IMG/VR virus record: IMGVR_UViG_3300017652_000001
Coordinates: 1-58,629 of that record
From: a virus
Lineage: Duplodnaviria > Caudoviricetes
DNA: 58,629 nucleotides
Direction: 5' to 3' (one strand)
In this document: positions 9,118 to 17,387 of the stretch, one piece after another
Numbering within the stretch: the first letter of the stretch is position 1
Layout: every line of letters starts with the position of its first letter
Translations under genes and position numbers: made by a program
Notes under the pieces: generated by a model
The model's input: the letters and a program-made list of their open reading frames with translations, nothing else
What the model was told of the DNA's origin: nothing
The model's database searches: none

Positions 9118-10035
9118 CTACTTCGAAGCAATAGCTTTAGGTTTGAAGGCGCTGATGGCTTTAGTGGCTATCGCGGGCTTCACCTTCCCGAGCTTTGCTT
9201 GGTTCTGGAGATAATCCGGCAAATGGACCTCGATGTAGGTCTTGCGAAACCATTTACGGAATTCGCCCAGCGCCTCATCAGGATAGCAGTAAGGGGTTTG
9301 AGGGTTTGAAAGTGCCTGCGGAAAATAAACAGGGTAGTCGTGCGAATACTGCTGACGCTCCCCGTACAGCACTTCAAGGCTCTCAGCCTTCCAATGCTTT
9401 GCCCATCGCTGTCCGACGCTGATATCCGGAACGATATGCGGACCTACATCAATGCCCGCATTGATCATCGGAACGATCATGCCAGCAATTTCCTGGTAGA
9501 TGCTGAAGTATCCCGCAGGAACCGCATTGGCCACCAAACTAACACGGTCATGGAATTGCTGCCATGCAAGACTGACTTTCCCATCCGGATTGTACCCGAC
9601 CTGCGCATAAACGAAATCTGTGAACCCCTTCTTGGCAAGGGTTCTATAGCTATTGGTGGCGTGCGCGTTTCCGGAAACTTCGAACGCATAATATTCCAGC
9701 GTGGCCATGCATACGTGCGCTGGTATGGCATGGTGGATGGTGCCATTCTTCTTCACTGCGTGGAAGAACACCGTGTCATCAAAACCTTGCGCCCTGATCA
9801 GGTCACGGATTTTCTGCTCTCGACCTTTGGCAGGGGATTGTCCCCAATCGTTCGTGAGCTTGACAAGCGTAGTGTGGTCAATGCCGCACATGCGCGCCAG
9901 TCCGCGCAGGGTTAGGAAGGGTGTCCCGTCTCCGAGAACGCCCATGCCCACCCCATCGATCTCCGCCTCAACGACGATCTCAAGATCGAACGTGAGTTGA
10001 TAGGGGGTGGTGGTCAAATTGTCTTCTGATGTCAT
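9118..10035 (-). CDS. bstA: BstA-family abortive-infection protein
   Basis: 305 aa; EIDGVGMGVLGDGTPFLTLRGLARMCG, VCMATLEYYAF, PAGYFSIYQEIA, VPDISVG..W, YFPQA.SNP..YP..ALGEFRKW motifs; lies downstream of cI as in BTP1. Confidence 0.85.
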   Translation of the reverse strand: MTSEDNLTTTPYQLTFDLEIVVEAEIDGVGMGVLGDGTPFLTLRGLARMCGIDHTTLVKLTNDWGQSPAKGREQKIRDLIRAQGFDDTVFFHAVKKNGTIHHAIPAHVCMATLEYYAFEVSGNAHATNSYRTLAKKGFTDFVYAQVGYNPDGKVSLAWQQFHDRVSLVANAVPAGYFSIYQEIAGMIVPMINAGIDVGPHIVPDISVGQRWAKHWKAESLEVLYGERQQYSHDYPVYFPQALSNPQTPYCYPDEALGEFRKWFRKTYIEVHLPDYLQNQAKLGKVKPAIATKAISAFKPKAIASK

Positions 10036-10068
10036 TTTATCTAGCCTTTTCATGTGGTTGAGGTGGTG
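10006..10068 (-). promoter_or_regulatory. Candidate aba (anti-BstA) element
   Basis: 63-bp segment spanning the bstA ATG, bounded by CACCACC direct repeats. Confidence 0.65.
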
Positions 10069-10149
10069 CCCAACAAGGCTAGAAATCTTCCTCAAAAGCA
10101 TTATCTTGAGGGTGTGTAGCAGATCTAGCCAAGTCGCTGATCTACTAGC

Positions 10150-10190
10150 GAAAGCCGCTTACCTTGGCCGGGAGCGGCTTTTCGTTTTTG
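10150..10190. terminator. Probable bidirectional terminator
   Basis: AAAGCCGCT...AGCGGCTTT stem with a T-run on the + strand. Confidence 0.6.
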
Positions 10191-10266
10191 ATCAACACCA
10201 ATATAACTGATCATTAATCATTTAACCAGTGGGGTCTCGGAGGCGCTCATCGAAGCGATCGGGCCG

Positions 10267-10467
10267 TCAATGCGTCGTTCCTCCACGCCTGGCTATGTAC
10301 TGCGCATTCAGCAGATCAACGAGGTCGTCGGCCTCTTCCATCTCGCATCTCGTCAACCATGTCCCATTCACCTCAACTGCAACGCCGGTAAATATGTCGT
10401 AGACCGTCCAGAACTCGTCATGTTCGTTCTTGCGCATGTCGTAGCGGTTATCGGGCTTCTCGCTCAA
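10267..10467 (-). CDS. Small hypothetical protein (paralogue B)
   Basis: RYDMRK..WTVYDIFTG..V.VNG....EEADDLVDLLN. Confidence 0.75.
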   Translation of the reverse strand: MSEKPDNRYDMRKNEHDEFWTVYDIFTGVAVEVNGTWLTRCEMEEADDLVDLLNAQYIARRGGTTH

Positions 10468-10658
10468 TGCACCGTCTCCTCATCCGGCGGCAAATGCCCT
10501 GAGTTCAAATGATCGAGGTAGATATCCGCCTCGTCGAGCTTCAGCTTGGCATATGGCTTGCCATCGACGAAGACAGTTCGGCCGGTCTCGGTGTCGAATA
10601 TCTCGTAAGTGTCGAAGCCGTCCTTGCGGAGATCGTAGCGCTGAGCAGGCATCGTCAC
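10464..10658 (-). CDS. Small hypothetical protein (paralogue A)
   Basis: RYDLRK..YEIFDTETG..V.VDG....DEADIYLDHLN. Confidence 0.75.
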   Translation of the reverse strand: MTMPAQRYDLRKDGFDTYEIFDTETGRTVFVDGKPYAKLKLDEADIYLDHLNSGHLPPDEETVH

Positions 10659-10673
10659 GCCTCCCGGTGAGCC

Positions 10674-10928
10674 CTATTTCCTGTCGAGGACTTTAGCGAT
10701 CGTAGCGAGCGCGGCAAGAGCGTCGGAGCGGCTCTTTTCATCCTTGGAAAGGATATCGTTCAGGAGCGCCTTAAGGCCTTGGAGTGGAGACGGTTCGAAT
10801 GATCGCTCAAGCCGGTCCAATATCTCCGCGTTCATGCTCCTGCCGCTATCCACAGCCGCATGCTTCAGCTTCTTTTGCAATTCGACCGAGAGGCGCAAGT
10901 TATGTCTGGGATCTTCTGGCTTGGGCAT
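10674..10928 (-). CDS. Arc-family ribbon-helix-helix regulator
   Basis: DPRHNLRLSVELQKKLKHAAVDSGRSMNAEILDRLERSF. Confidence 0.9.
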   Translation of the reverse strand: MPKPEDPRHNLRLSVELQKKLKHAAVDSGRSMNAEILDRLERSFEPSPLQGLKALLNDILSKDEKSRSDALAALATIAKVLDRK

Positions 10929-11026
10929 GATTGCCTTATCGCCAAATTAATCCCTTCTGAGAATGGTACAAGTGTGGTGGATATGTGCCATAGATGTGCC
11001 TCTAAATTAGAGGTCAAAAATATGGG

Positions 11027-11059
11027 TTGACGAGAAGGTGAATTGTTCCTTTTATGTTC
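11027..11059 (+). promoter_or_regulatory. Putative SOS-regulated promoter
   Basis: TTGACG -35 at 11027-11032; LexA box GTTC-cttttat-GTTC at 11045-11059 over the -10 region. Confidence 0.7.
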
Positions 11060-11102
11060 TCCGGGGTATCAAGAAGAAAAAACAGGGCAACCGGGGGAAA
11101 TC

Positions 11103-11324
11103 GTGGGGAATAGCAGGCGTCAGTTTCTAAAGGGCATCGGCCCGGCTGCAATTGCAGCGTCCATTTCATCAAAAGCAAAAGCCGACGAGATCGAGGACAA
11201 GTGCGAGTATCATGCGCGATGTCTTGCGGAGGCTATGAAGGCCAAGTATGGAGGCACTTGGCATCATTCGATCAGCCACGAGTCAAAGGCGGCCATGATT
11301 TTTATGAAATCAGCCGGCCTTTAG
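11103..11324 (+). CDS. Small protein with Tat-like signal, convergent with cI
   Basis: GTG start; SRRQFLK followed by an Ala-rich stretch and AKA; 15-nt 3' overlap with cI. Confidence 0.6.
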   Translation: MGNSRRQFLKGIGPAAIAASISSKAKADEIEDKCEYHARCLAEAMKAKYGGTWHHSISHESKAAMIFMKSAGL

Positions 11325-11648
11325 AAGTGTCTCAATAAAGAAGAATGCTTGCCGGCGCTGCTCTGGGGTTGCTTTCCGGAGCAATTCATCGGCGCTAGGC
11401 ATGCTAGGGTCTCGGAAGAGGTCGGCGGGGCTATCCAGTCCGAGCGCCTCAGCCAGAGCCGCCTGCACGTCCATCGTCATGCCCCGCTGGTTTCTTTCCC
11501 ATCGGCTGATTTGGTCTTTACCTGTAGGCTTCCCGTCCTCGCCGATAGGAAGCCGGTCGGCGAGCTGCTGCTGCGTAAGGCGCTTCGCCTCGCGCCATTC
11601 GCGCAAATAGTGCCGCACGGGCTTAGATGGGCCGATTCTTGTAACCAT
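11310..11648 (-). CDS. cI: CI-like XRE repressor lacking an S24 peptidase domain
   Basis: LREWREAKRLTQQQLADRL...ISRWER HTH; 112 aa; divergent from cro across the operators. Confidence 0.85.
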   Translation of the reverse strand: MVTRIGPSKPVRHYLREWREAKRLTQQQLADRLPIGEDGKPTGKDQISRWERNQRGMTMDVQAALAEALGLDSPADLFRDPSMPSADELLRKATPEQRRQAFFFIETLLKAG

Positions 11649-11660
11649 TTCCTTATCGTA

Positions 11661-11744
11661 GTTGCCAATTAGCCAACAGTAGACAGCCGTAGAGCCAACA
11701 TTTTATGGGTTGGCCTCTTGCCAACTGGTTGTCTATATGCCAAC
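11661..11744. promoter_or_regulatory. OR-like operators (three 17-bp palindromes)
   Basis: GTTGCC-N5-GCCAAC 11661-11677, GTTGGC-N5-GCCAAC 11709-11725, GTTGTC-N5-GCCAAC 11728-11744. Confidence 0.87.
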
Positions 11745-11752
11745 ATCGAAAA

Positions 11753-11983
11753 ATGAATAACGAGCACGCACTGACAATTTGGCGAAAAGAAAACGGGAAG
11801 TCGCAGGACGATGTAGCCCGCGATCTAGGTGTTACCCGATGGATGATAAACCGCCTTGAGAATGGAAAGCGGAATCCGTCCCTGTCTCTCGCCTTGAAGC
11901 TCCAGTCTTTGACTGGTGGCACTGTCAGACCGGAAGACTTCGGACCCGCCAAACACCCCGAGCCCGCAGGAGCCGCCAGGTGA
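11753..11983 (+). CDS. cro: Cro-like HTH regulator
   Basis: SQDDVARDLGVTRWMINRLENGKRNPS..TGGTVRPEDF. Confidence 0.85.
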   Translation: MNNEHALTIWRKENGKSQDDVARDLGVTRWMINRLENGKRNPSLSLALKLQSLTGGTVRPEDFGPAKHPEPAGAAR

Positions 11984-12462
11984 TGGTAAATATCCCGCAG
12001 AATATTGGCGATAAAATTCGGTACGAGCCGGATAGCGGACTTTTCTTCTTCAAGGAGAGCGCAGGCGGTCGTTCGGCTGGGCAGCGCACTGCTGTTGCAG
12101 CTCTCAAGGGCGGTTACAGGATCTATTTTTGCAGACGAATGTATCTCGCGCATCGAGTGGCTTGGTTCCTTATGACCGGCAAGCAGCCCCCTGCGATGAT
12201 CGACCACAAGGACGGCAACCCATTCAACAATCGGTGGGAAAATCTTCGGGCCGCGAATAACTCTCAGAATCAAATGAACCGCCGGGTCCGTCGTGGCGGA
12301 TTGAAGGGTGTAACGCTCCACAATTGCGGACGCTACCAAGCGTCGATCTGCAAGAATGGTGAGCGGCACTATCTTGGTCTGTTCCCAACTGAGGCCGAAG
12401 CGCACGCAGTCTACACGGAAAAGGCAAAAGAACTTTTCGGCGAATTCGCGAGGTTCGCATAA
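11980..12462 (+). CDS. HNH-AP2 endonuclease
   Basis: AHRVAW..IDHKDGNPFNNRWENLR plus AP2 motif YLGLFPTEAEAHAVY...GEFA. Confidence 0.88.
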   Translation: MMVNIPQNIGDKIRYEPDSGLFFFKESAGGRSAGQRTAVAALKGGYRIYFCRRMYLAHRVAWFLMTGKQPPAMIDHKDGNPFNNRWENLRAANNSQNQMNRRVRRGGLKGVTLHNCGRYQASICKNGERHYLGLFPTEAEAHAVYTEKAKELFGEFARFA

Positions 12463-12942
12463 ATGCTTTCCTCCAAAGCCCTCAAGGAAATCGTCGCCGA
12501 AGCCCGCCCGATCATCGAGCGCTATTACGCTTCGGCGCGCGAACTCAATGCCATCTTCATGGCGGCTTGGCGTACAGGAAAGATTGACGAGATCTGGGCC
12601 GACTATCGCGCCACCGACCCAAGCCTCTACCTGCACTACTACATCCGCGCTCGCGGCATGGGCGACATCAAGATCGGCAAGAGCAATCAGGTTCGTGTCC
12701 GCGTCAAGTCTCTCTTCACCGGCGCATCGCGTGGCCTCGATCTCATCGCATGCTATCCCGCGAAGATCGGCCATGAAGGCGAGATGAAAGAGGAATTCGC
12801 GCACCTTCGCCTCTGCGGCGAGTGGTTCCGCGCCGGTCCTGAACTGATCACCCACTTGCAGATCATTGGCGTCGATACCGATGCTTTCACCGATGTCGTG
12901 CCGGCGCACTTCTACCGTCAGTTTCCCGAGAGGTTGATGTAA
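12463..12942 (+). CDS. GIY-YIG (T5orf172/MUG113-like) domain protein
   Basis: YYIRA..IKIGKS..R...E..F..LRLCGEWF. Confidence 0.75.
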   Translation: MLSSKALKEIVAEARPIIERYYASARELNAIFMAAWRTGKIDEIWADYRATDPSLYLHYYIRARGMGDIKIGKSNQVRVRVKSLFTGASRGLDLIACYPAKIGHEGEMKEEFAHLRLCGEWFRAGPELITHLQIIGVDTDAFTDVVPAHFYRQFPERLM

Positions 12943-13890
12943 ATGTCCGATCAACACGGCGTCGCCCGCGACCAACTCCGCGCATTTGTCAGCCGGATAG
13001 AACGGTTGGAAGAAGAAAAGAAGACCATCGCCGACGATATAAAGGATGTCTACGGCGAAGCGAAAGCCATGGGCTTCGACACCAAGATTTTGAAGCAAGT
13101 CATCGCTCTTCGCAAGAAGGACGATCAGGAGCGGACTGAGGAAGAAATCATCCGCGATATGTACCTCGCGGCCCTGGGTATGATCCCTGATTTCGAAGCT
13201 GAGCGCGAACCGGCGCCTGTCTCGAAGACGAATAAATCGCCAGCAATGGCCCTCCAATCCCCGCGCAAGGCGGCGGAGGCGGCATCCGAGAGGACCGCAA
13301 CCCCATTCACAGCTTCGGACGATACCCCCATCGTACCCCCTTCGCCTGCAGTGCGCGAAGTCGAAGAAAGCGCTGCGTCCAATTCGCCGGAAACGGCAGA
13401 TGAGACGCAACACCCTGTATCCAGCACGGCCGACGCGAATGCGCGAACAGGCGGCGACGATAGCATGGTGCGCGTGGCGAGGACGGAAGCTGCCGCCGTG
13501 ACGGATCGGAGAGACGATCACCTCGATACCCCATCGGAAGACGGCGCAATCGCTGCAGTGAACCCACGAGTGGGACTGGCGGACGCCATTGGCGTCGAAC
13601 CGTCGTCTTCCGCACCCATCGCTCCGGCCTCTCAAGGCGAAGCCGAAGCCCCCAGCGCCGAGCGCGTAACTCCCCATAGATCGGGCAGCGCCGCCGCCAA
13701 CGCAGGAGGCAGCCATGTAGACGTTCAAATTTCTGCCGCAACACATCAGGCCGGCGCTCTCGTCAAACCTGCGCCGGCCAAATCTCCGCTGCGTCCTCAT
13801 TGCCTGAACCCTGGCGAGGGCTGCGGCGGGTACGGAACGAACCATTGCCACCGTTGCAGGGTCGCGATGCGGGAAGGGGAAGCGGCATGA
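12943..13890 (+). CDS. gapR: GapR/DUF2312 domain protein with long low-complexity extension and Cys-rich C-terminus
   Basis: [52 protein letters not shown]. Confidence 0.85.
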   Translation: MSDQHGVARDQLRAFVSRIERLEEEKKTIADDIKDVYGEAKAMGFDTKILKQVIALRKKDDQERTEEEIIRDMYLAALGMIPDFEAEREPAPVSKTNKSPAMALQSPRKAAEAASERTATPFTASDDTPIVPPSPAVREVEESAASNSPETADETQHPVSSTADANARTGGDDSMVRVARTEAAAVTDRRDDHLDTPSEDGAIAAVNPRVGLADAIGVEPSSSAPIAPASQGEAEAPSAERVTPHRSGSAAANAGGSHVDVQISAATHQAGALVKPAPAKSPLRPHCLNPGEGCGGYGTNHCHRCRVAMREGEAA

Positions 13891-14261
13891 GTTGCTTTTG
13901 CGATTACGACCCGCCGGAATTCTACTGCCGCTCTACCCCGAAGGCGAAGAAGAAGCATTATTGCTTCGAGTGCCGCGGCATCATCGCCGCTGGCGAGACC
14001 TACGAATATGTCAGCGGGAAGTGGGAAGGTTACTTCTCTGCTTTCAAGACATGCATTCGCTGCGTCGACCTTCGGACGTGGGTGAAAAACAACGTGCCTT
14101 GCTTGTGCTGGGCTCACGGAAACCTCTGGGAAGATCTGTTCGATACGGTGGAGGATGCTCAGCGTCGCGCCGGTTCTGAGGCGCCGGGGTTGCTATTCGG
14201 CTTCTATCGTCGTCGCGAAATGATCAGCCGGCACAATGCCGCGACGAGGGCTGCAGCATGA
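13887..14261 (+). CDS. Cys-rich (Zn-binding) hypothetical protein
   Basis: [11 protein letters not shown]...I..GETY...KTCIRC. Confidence 0.75.
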   Translation: MSCFCDYDPPEFYCRSTPKAKKKHYCFECRGIIAAGETYEYVSGKWEGYFSAFKTCIRCVDLRTWVKNNVPCLCWAHGNLWEDLFDTVEDAQRRAGSEAPGLLFGFYRRREMISRHNAATRAAA

Positions 14262-14437
14262 CAAAAGCAGCCTTCGAAAAGATCGCGTCTGCTCTACGGG
14301 ACATTCCCGCACGTCGATATCGCACCATCACCTTCACCCCTGACGGCACGGTCATCATCACCTGTGCAGAAACCGGGAAATCCGCATCTGGTCAAAATCT
14401 CCAACAGGCTGAAGCCAATTTCAGGAGGCTCGCATGA
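14258..14437 (+). CDS. 59-aa hypothetical protein (not in the ORF track)
   Basis: [15 protein letters not shown]...; ATGA overlaps at both ends. Confidence 0.6.
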   Translation: MTKAAFEKIASALRDIPARRYRTITFTPDGTVIITCAETGKSASGQNLQQAEANFRRLA

Positions 14438-14628
14438 CACAGTTTCTCTCAGGCGCATTGGCCGGCTTCCTCGTCGGCGGCTTTGTCGGGGTTATCACCT
14501 CCGCTCTTCTATTCGCAGCCAAGGGTGACGCATACGCCCAGGCGCGGTCCGACGAAGAGCAGATGGAAGCCCTCATCGCCAACCGTATCGAACATGAGAT
14601 CGTGGCCGGCGCGCGTCTCCTGAATTGA
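14434..14628 (+). CDS. Small membrane protein
   Basis: AGGAGG RBS; N-terminal TM helix. Confidence 0.7.
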   Translation: MTQFLSGALAGFLVGGFVGVITSALLFAAKGDAYAQARSDEEQMEALIANRIEHEIVAGARLLN

Positions 14629-14928
14629 CGTGGGCGGGGACCCCCAACCACCACGTCACGGCTCCGGGTCGGATTGCTCCTCCTCCCAAGACCGATCCGG
14701 AGCCAGCACATTAAGACGGACAGCATCATTCGCCAAACGCAAGACGACGGCTTGAGTGACTGATCCGAGACTTTGAAACGGGGCTGGTGACGACGAGGGA
14801 TCGTCACCAGCGGCAGGACCGGCGGCGGTTTTGGTCCTGCGGGAAGGAAATGGAATTACGGCATCCAGGCGGCGTCCTGAGCCGGAGAGGGAGGCGGGCC
14901 GATTGGCGTCGGCTTCGTTTCCCTCTCC
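14626..14928 (+). ncRNA. Hairpin array including a cuckoo/alpha-r14-like CCUCCUCCC stem-loop
   Basis: Five stems; the 13-bp stem 14660-14704 carries CCTCCTCCC at 14679-14687. Confidence 0.5.
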
Positions 14929-14998
14929 ATCAATATCGGTACTGCGCATCTGAAGTCTCCATAGAACGAGATGATGTTTAGCGCAGGAGAGTTCCAAG

Positions 14999-15400
14999 GT
15001 GTTGGAAAAGAGCCCCGAGAATTTGGAGCATTACTCCAAGAGGCAAAAGAAAATGAGTGATTGCGTATTAGCACAGACAATGATGCGGGAGGCTTTCCCG
15101 CGTGATTTTCATGGTGGTTACAAGGCTGCGGTTTATGCGGCCTACAGATTTATTTCTCCGCGCGTGAGCAAACAGTTCACGTTGCGTAGGGCGAGCGCAA
15201 TTTGGAATGGCGAGGCTCGCCGGATCGACATGGAAGAAGCGGCGGCGCTTCGAGAAGCACTTATCGAGGAAGCGAAGAATGAAACAGAACGACTCCGCGC
15301 CCGTCTGGCTGCGCTGGATGAGAAAATTGCCGCTTTCGACGCGGTCACGGCTCGCCAAGCGGTGGAGAAGGATCGCAGCTCTCAGGACCACCTGGGCTGA
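14999..15400 (+). CDS. Hypothetical protein (CII-like position; alternative start 15053)
   Basis: Helical ORF with a coiled-coil C-terminus. Confidence 0.7.
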   Translation: MLEKSPENLEHYSKRQKKMSDCVLAQTMMREAFPRDFHGGYKAAVYAAYRFISPRVSKQFTLRRASAIWNGEARRIDMEEAAALREALIEEAKNETERLRARLAALDEKIAAFDAVTARQAVEKDRSSQDHLG

Positions 15401-16315
15401 ATGGATTTTGCGGGACCGGGACGAATGATGCAGCAGCTTTCGATGTTCGACTTGATGATGCCGCCACCGCCAGCAGCGATCCCGGCAACTCGCGTCTTGA
15501 GCAACGCCGAACGGAAGAGAATGTCTGCTTGGCAGATAGAGCAGTTCGAAAATCAAAACGCTCGATATGCGTTTCGGACCAGCCTTCCTTCCTACGACGC
15601 CGGGCTTTTGACCAGAGCGTGGGCTGAACTGACCGCCTATGACGCCGCGGTACGAGCAGCGGATTACGACGGGATGGTTGGTGCGGGAAATCGCCTGAGA
15701 GCGATCGGTGAGCACGCCTTTGGCCTGTCAGAAGCAGAAGAGAAAAGTCTAGCCGCGCCGAAAGGGAGCGCACGATTCGACTGCCTTCATACTGCATGGA
15801 TGTGGATGGCAAATGCGACGGCGGCGAATGATGGCGATGTGCCGATGTTCGGCCAGAAAGGTCATCTGGAGCTTGAGATAGTCGGTTGCCGTGCCGATTT
15901 CTCCTATGACGGTCTGTTTGGGATATGCGGTGGCGCAGCTCGTGTCATCGATCGGGATAAGCTCTTCTTCTCCGAGACAGGTTTCCACTCCTTTCAGGTG
16001 TGCCCGCGGGATTACGTCATCGCCGCCGGTAAACTCGATTGCAAAGGATGGCTTGAGCGCGTCTGCACAGCCCAGCTCACGGAGGGCGGCAAGAAGAAGG
16101 CGAAGCTGACGAGAGCTTGGCCGAGCTACGCCTTGCAATGGCGGCAATCCCGTGAGTTCGCGGAGAGCGTCAATCGCGCCGAGACTTGGACGCAATGGGG
16201 ACCGGAAAAGCACGCCGAACATTGGGCGAACCACGACACGAGACAGGCTGCGGCGCTCGATCGCATGGCCGCAGAAGGCATCGACCCGGACGAAGTCTGG
16301 AGAACGCGCCGATGA
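15401..16315 (+). CDS. KlcB-like protein
   Basis: VPMFGQKG..E..G.R...A..ID.DK.FFSETGFHSF resembles the IncP KlcB core (recognised from memory). Confidence 0.55.
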   Translation: MDFAGPGRMMQQLSMFDLMMPPPPAAIPATRVLSNAERKRMSAWQIEQFENQNARYAFRTSLPSYDAGLLTRAWAELTAYDAAVRAADYDGMVGAGNRLRAIGEHAFGLSEAEEKSLAAPKGSARFDCLHTAWMWMANATAANDGDVPMFGQKGHLELEIVGCRADFSYDGLFGICGGAARVIDRDKLFFSETGFHSFQVCPRDYVIAAGKLDCKGWLERVCTAQLTEGGKKKAKLTRAWPSYALQWRQSREFAESVNRAETWTQWGPEKHAEHWANHDTRQAAALDRMAAEGIDPDEVWRTRR

Positions 16316-16485
16316 CCGAATCCGAACTTCTCTCCGAAGAAATAGCGGAACTCGAAGCCGAGATCATGCGCCTCAAGGGCAGCATGAACCGCGCAGATAA
16401 CGGCGTGAAGCTGCATAGGCTCCGTGTCGCCAACCGCACATTGGAACGCCTGAAGGCGATCTCCAAGAGGGAGGCAGCAGCGTGA
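16312..16485 (+). CDS. Small coiled-coil protein
   Basis: Coupled ORF starting MTESELL. Confidence 0.6.
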   Translation: MTESELLSEEIAELEAEIMRLKGSMNRADNGVKLHRLRVANRTLERLKAISKREAAA

Positions 16486-17387
16486 AAGAAAATCTCGACG
16501 TTCGGCCTTCCCGAAAGCTACCTGACATGGAACCAACGCGCCCATTACTGCGGTGGCACGGCGGAAAGTGGATACTCGCTCCTTGGATTATTTCGTTCTT
16601 TCCCGACCATCGCGTCTATTGCGAGCCGTTTGGAGGCGCCGCCAGCGTTCTTGTCCGAAAGCCGAGGTCTTATGCGGAAATATACAATGACCTAGATGAT
16701 GATGTTGTGAATCTGTTCCGTGTGCTCCGTAGCAGCCGCTACGGCGAATTGACACACAACATCATTCATACGCCCTTCGCCAGGTCGGAATTTCGAGCAG
16801 CTTACGAGGAGACTGACGATCCCGTCGAAAGGGCGCGGCGTCTCATCATTAGATCATTTATGGGATTCGGATCAGACGGCCATAACGGCGCTCGTATGAC
16901 CGGGTTTCGGGCGAATTCAAATCGCTCGGGCACCACGCCAGCGCATGATTGGGCCAACTATAGCGAAGGGCTGGAGCTAATCATTTGGCGACTCGAAGGG
17001 GTCGTAATCGAAAACCGTCCGGCGATCGAAGTCATGGCTCAGTGTGACGGACCTGAAACTCTCCATTATGTAGACCCGCCATATGTTTGGGAAACCCGTT
17101 CCAAGGCAAAAAACTCAAGCAAGAAGAACTACCGACACGAATTAAGCAACGAGGATCATGAAAAGCTGCTCAGCTTTTTGGATGGTCTTAGAGGCATGGT
17201 CGTCCTGTCTGGCTATCCTCATCCTATTTACGATGAGGCGTTGGGACATTGGGAACGTCACGAGCGAAAGGCCCTCGCCGATGGCGCGCGGGAGCGCACT
17301 GAGGTTCTGTGGCTAAATCCCGCAGCCTCAAAGGCCAATGCTACCCGTACCGCGCAGATGCATCTTTTCGCAGGGAGCGCGGCATGA
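16482..17387 (+). CDS. Dam-like (D12 class) N6-adenine DNA methyltransferase
   Basis: WHGGKW, YCEPFGGAASV, YND, YVDPPY motifs. Confidence 0.92.
   Translation: MKENLDVRPSRKLPDMEPTRPLLRWHGGKWILAPWIISFFPDHRVYCEPFGGAASVLVRKPRSYAEIYNDLDDDVVNLFRVLRSSRYGELTHNIIHTPFARSEFRAAYEETDDPVERARRLIIRSFMGFGSDGHNGARMTGFRANSNRSGTTPAHDWANYSEGLELIIWRLEGVVIENRPAIEVMAQCDGPETLHYVDPPYVWETRSKAKNSSKKNYRHELSNEDHEKLLSFLDGLRGMVVLSGYPHPIYDEALGHWERHERKALADGARERTEVLWLNPAASKANATRTAQMHLFAGSAA

Noticed and set aside
10036-10101. Longer bstA N-terminus given in the ORF track
   Set aside because: ATG 10035 has an AAGG upstream and gives a length and aba geometry matching BstA
11653-13851. 732-aa minus-strand ORF
   Set aside because: Antisense shadow of cro, HNH, GIY-YIG and gapR; no recognisable motifs
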